Below are positions 26,210 through 27,035 of a stretch of 27,035 nucleotides of DNA, piece by piece. Source of the DNA: Candidatus Nanohaloarchaea archaeon (lineage in GTDB: Archaea; Nanohalarchaeota; Nanosalinia; Nanosalinales; Nanosalinaceae); the NCBI GenBank assembly GCA_042217585.1, contig JBDGSJ010000025.1, positions 1-27,035 on the forward strand, written 5' to 3'. A model generated the notes under the pieces. That model had not been told where the DNA came from. It ran no database searches and worked only from the letters and a program-made list of their open reading frames with translations. A program made the translations under genes and the position numbers. Positions within the stretch are counted from its first letter, which is position 1. The number at the start of each line of letters is the position of its first letter.

Positions 26210-26728
26210 ATGACCGGGGAGATAGTGCTGGGCGGCGGATGCTTCTGGTGTACGGAAGCCGCCTTCAAGGAGGTCGAGGGAGTGAAACAGGTAACATCCG
26301 GCTACGCAGGAGGGGAGACAGAGGACCCGAGCTACCGTGAGGTCTGCAGCGGCGACACGGGCCACGCAGAAGTCGTCAGGGTGGAGTTCGACCCGGGAGA
26401 AGTTTCGCTGAGGGAACTGCTGGACCTGTTCTTCAGGATACACGACCCGACCCAGAAGGACCGGCAGGGACCCGACGTCGGTACACAGTACCGCTCCATC
26501 GTCCTCTATCGGGACACCGACCAGAAACAGACGGTGGAGGAGGTGCTTGAGGAGGTCCGCGAGCGCCACGAGGAAGAGGTCCACACCAAGGTGAAGGAGC
26601 TGGATCGGTTCTACCCTGCCGAAGAGAAGCACCAGGACTACTTCGAGAAACATCCTGAAGACGCCTACTGCACAACGCACGCACAGCCGAAGGTGGAGAA
26701 GGCGAGGGAATTCATGGATCCGGAATGA
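26210..26728 (+). CDS. msrA: Peptide-methionine (S)-S-oxide reductase MsrA
   Basis: GGCFWC, TGHAEVV, HDPT, RQGPDVGTQYRS, FYPAEEKHQDY and YC motifs. Confidence 0.97.
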   Translation: MTGEIVLGGGCFWCTEAAFKEVEGVKQVTSGYAGGETEDPSYREVCSGDTGHAEVVRVEFDPGEVSLRELLDLFFRIHDPTQKDRQGPDVGTQYRSIVLYRDTDQKQTVEEVLEEVRERHEEEVHTKVKELDRFYPAEEKHQDYFEKHPEDAYCTTHAQPKVEKAREFMDPE

Positions 26729-26833
26729 TACCGGGAGACAGTTCCGGGCAGAGTCCTGAGAGATGGAGATTGTAATTTCCTACTCCAGGATTTAAAACGG
26801 CCTGCTTCAACGTGTATTCCGGGTTGTTCATAT

Positions 26834-27035
26834 ATGTCTCTCCGTGAGAAGTGGAGAGAATACCGTAGGCATCGAAAGCGTGAGATGCTCAAAAAAATTC
26901 TCTATGTGGTTTTTCCTCCCTTGGCCCTGATCAAGATCTTCGAGGTAACTTACAGGTTTACTGCGAGGGAACTTGAACGGGTGTGGACAGGTATAAAGCG
27001 AACTTTCGGACCCATCGTATACCATCCCCTAATGT
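26834..27035 (+). CDS. Partial CDS running off the window end; basic N-terminus followed by a hydrophobic segment
   Basis: Manual translation MSLREKWREYRRHRKREMLKKILYVVFPPLALIKIFEVTYRFTARELERVW... stays open to the window end. TTTAAAA lies upstream at 26791. Confidence 0.55.
   Translation, partial: MSLREKWREYRRHRKREMLKKILYVVFPPLALIKIFEVTYRFTARELERVWTGIKRTFGPIVYHPLM

Noticed and set aside
1903..26684. Many long antisense or alternate-frame ORFs (e.g. 1903-2901, 15838-16659, 20349-21395)
   Set aside because: They are shadows of recognisable genes in GC-rich DNA and carry no family motifs.
26783..26793. ctccaggattt, identical to part of the tRNA-Tyr 3' end (possible att site)
   Set aside because: Only 11 nt, runs into a TATA-like tract, lies on the 5' side of the tRNA and would enclose core genes such as tfb. 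Probably chance.
26828..27025. Minus-strand 65-aa ORF
   Set aside because: The opposite-strand open frame from ATG 26834 looks more protein-like and has a TATA-like element upstream.

Overview
An archaeal chromosomal window, most consistent with a halophilic DPANN organism (Nanohaloarchaeota-like). This is inferred from the strongly acidic proteins, TATA boxes about 25 nt before apparently leaderless starts, a TFB gene and a 5S rRNA gene unlinked from 16S/23S. It holds an intron-containing tRNA-Ser(CGA), a HAD hydrolase, a tRNA thiolase and a more AT-rich surface-glycan cluster (flippase, GT-C-like membrane protein, GT2, asparagine-synthase-like protein, DegT aminotransferase). It also holds acidic orphan ORFs, an NDP-sugar nucleotidyltransferase, HtpX, riboflavin synthase, a NUDIX hydrolase, 5S rRNA, an RsmB/NOP methyltransferase, UDG, a PiT transporter, tRNA-Tyr(GTA), TFB, a KaiC-like ATPase and MsrA. 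The most interesting signals are non-coding. (1) A 337-bp protein-free IS200/IS605-type mini-element (16927-17263) carries its own TATA box and a highly structured TnpB omega-RNA-like RNA, a possible stand-alone trans-acting guide RNA. (2) The 75-nt tRNA-Ser intron resembles a box C/D guide aimed at U39 and C34 of its own tRNA, a layout I know only from tRNA-Trp introns. (3) tRNA-Tyr is flanked by duplications of its own 5' and 3' ends, separated by palindromic inserts. No CRISPR array was seen.
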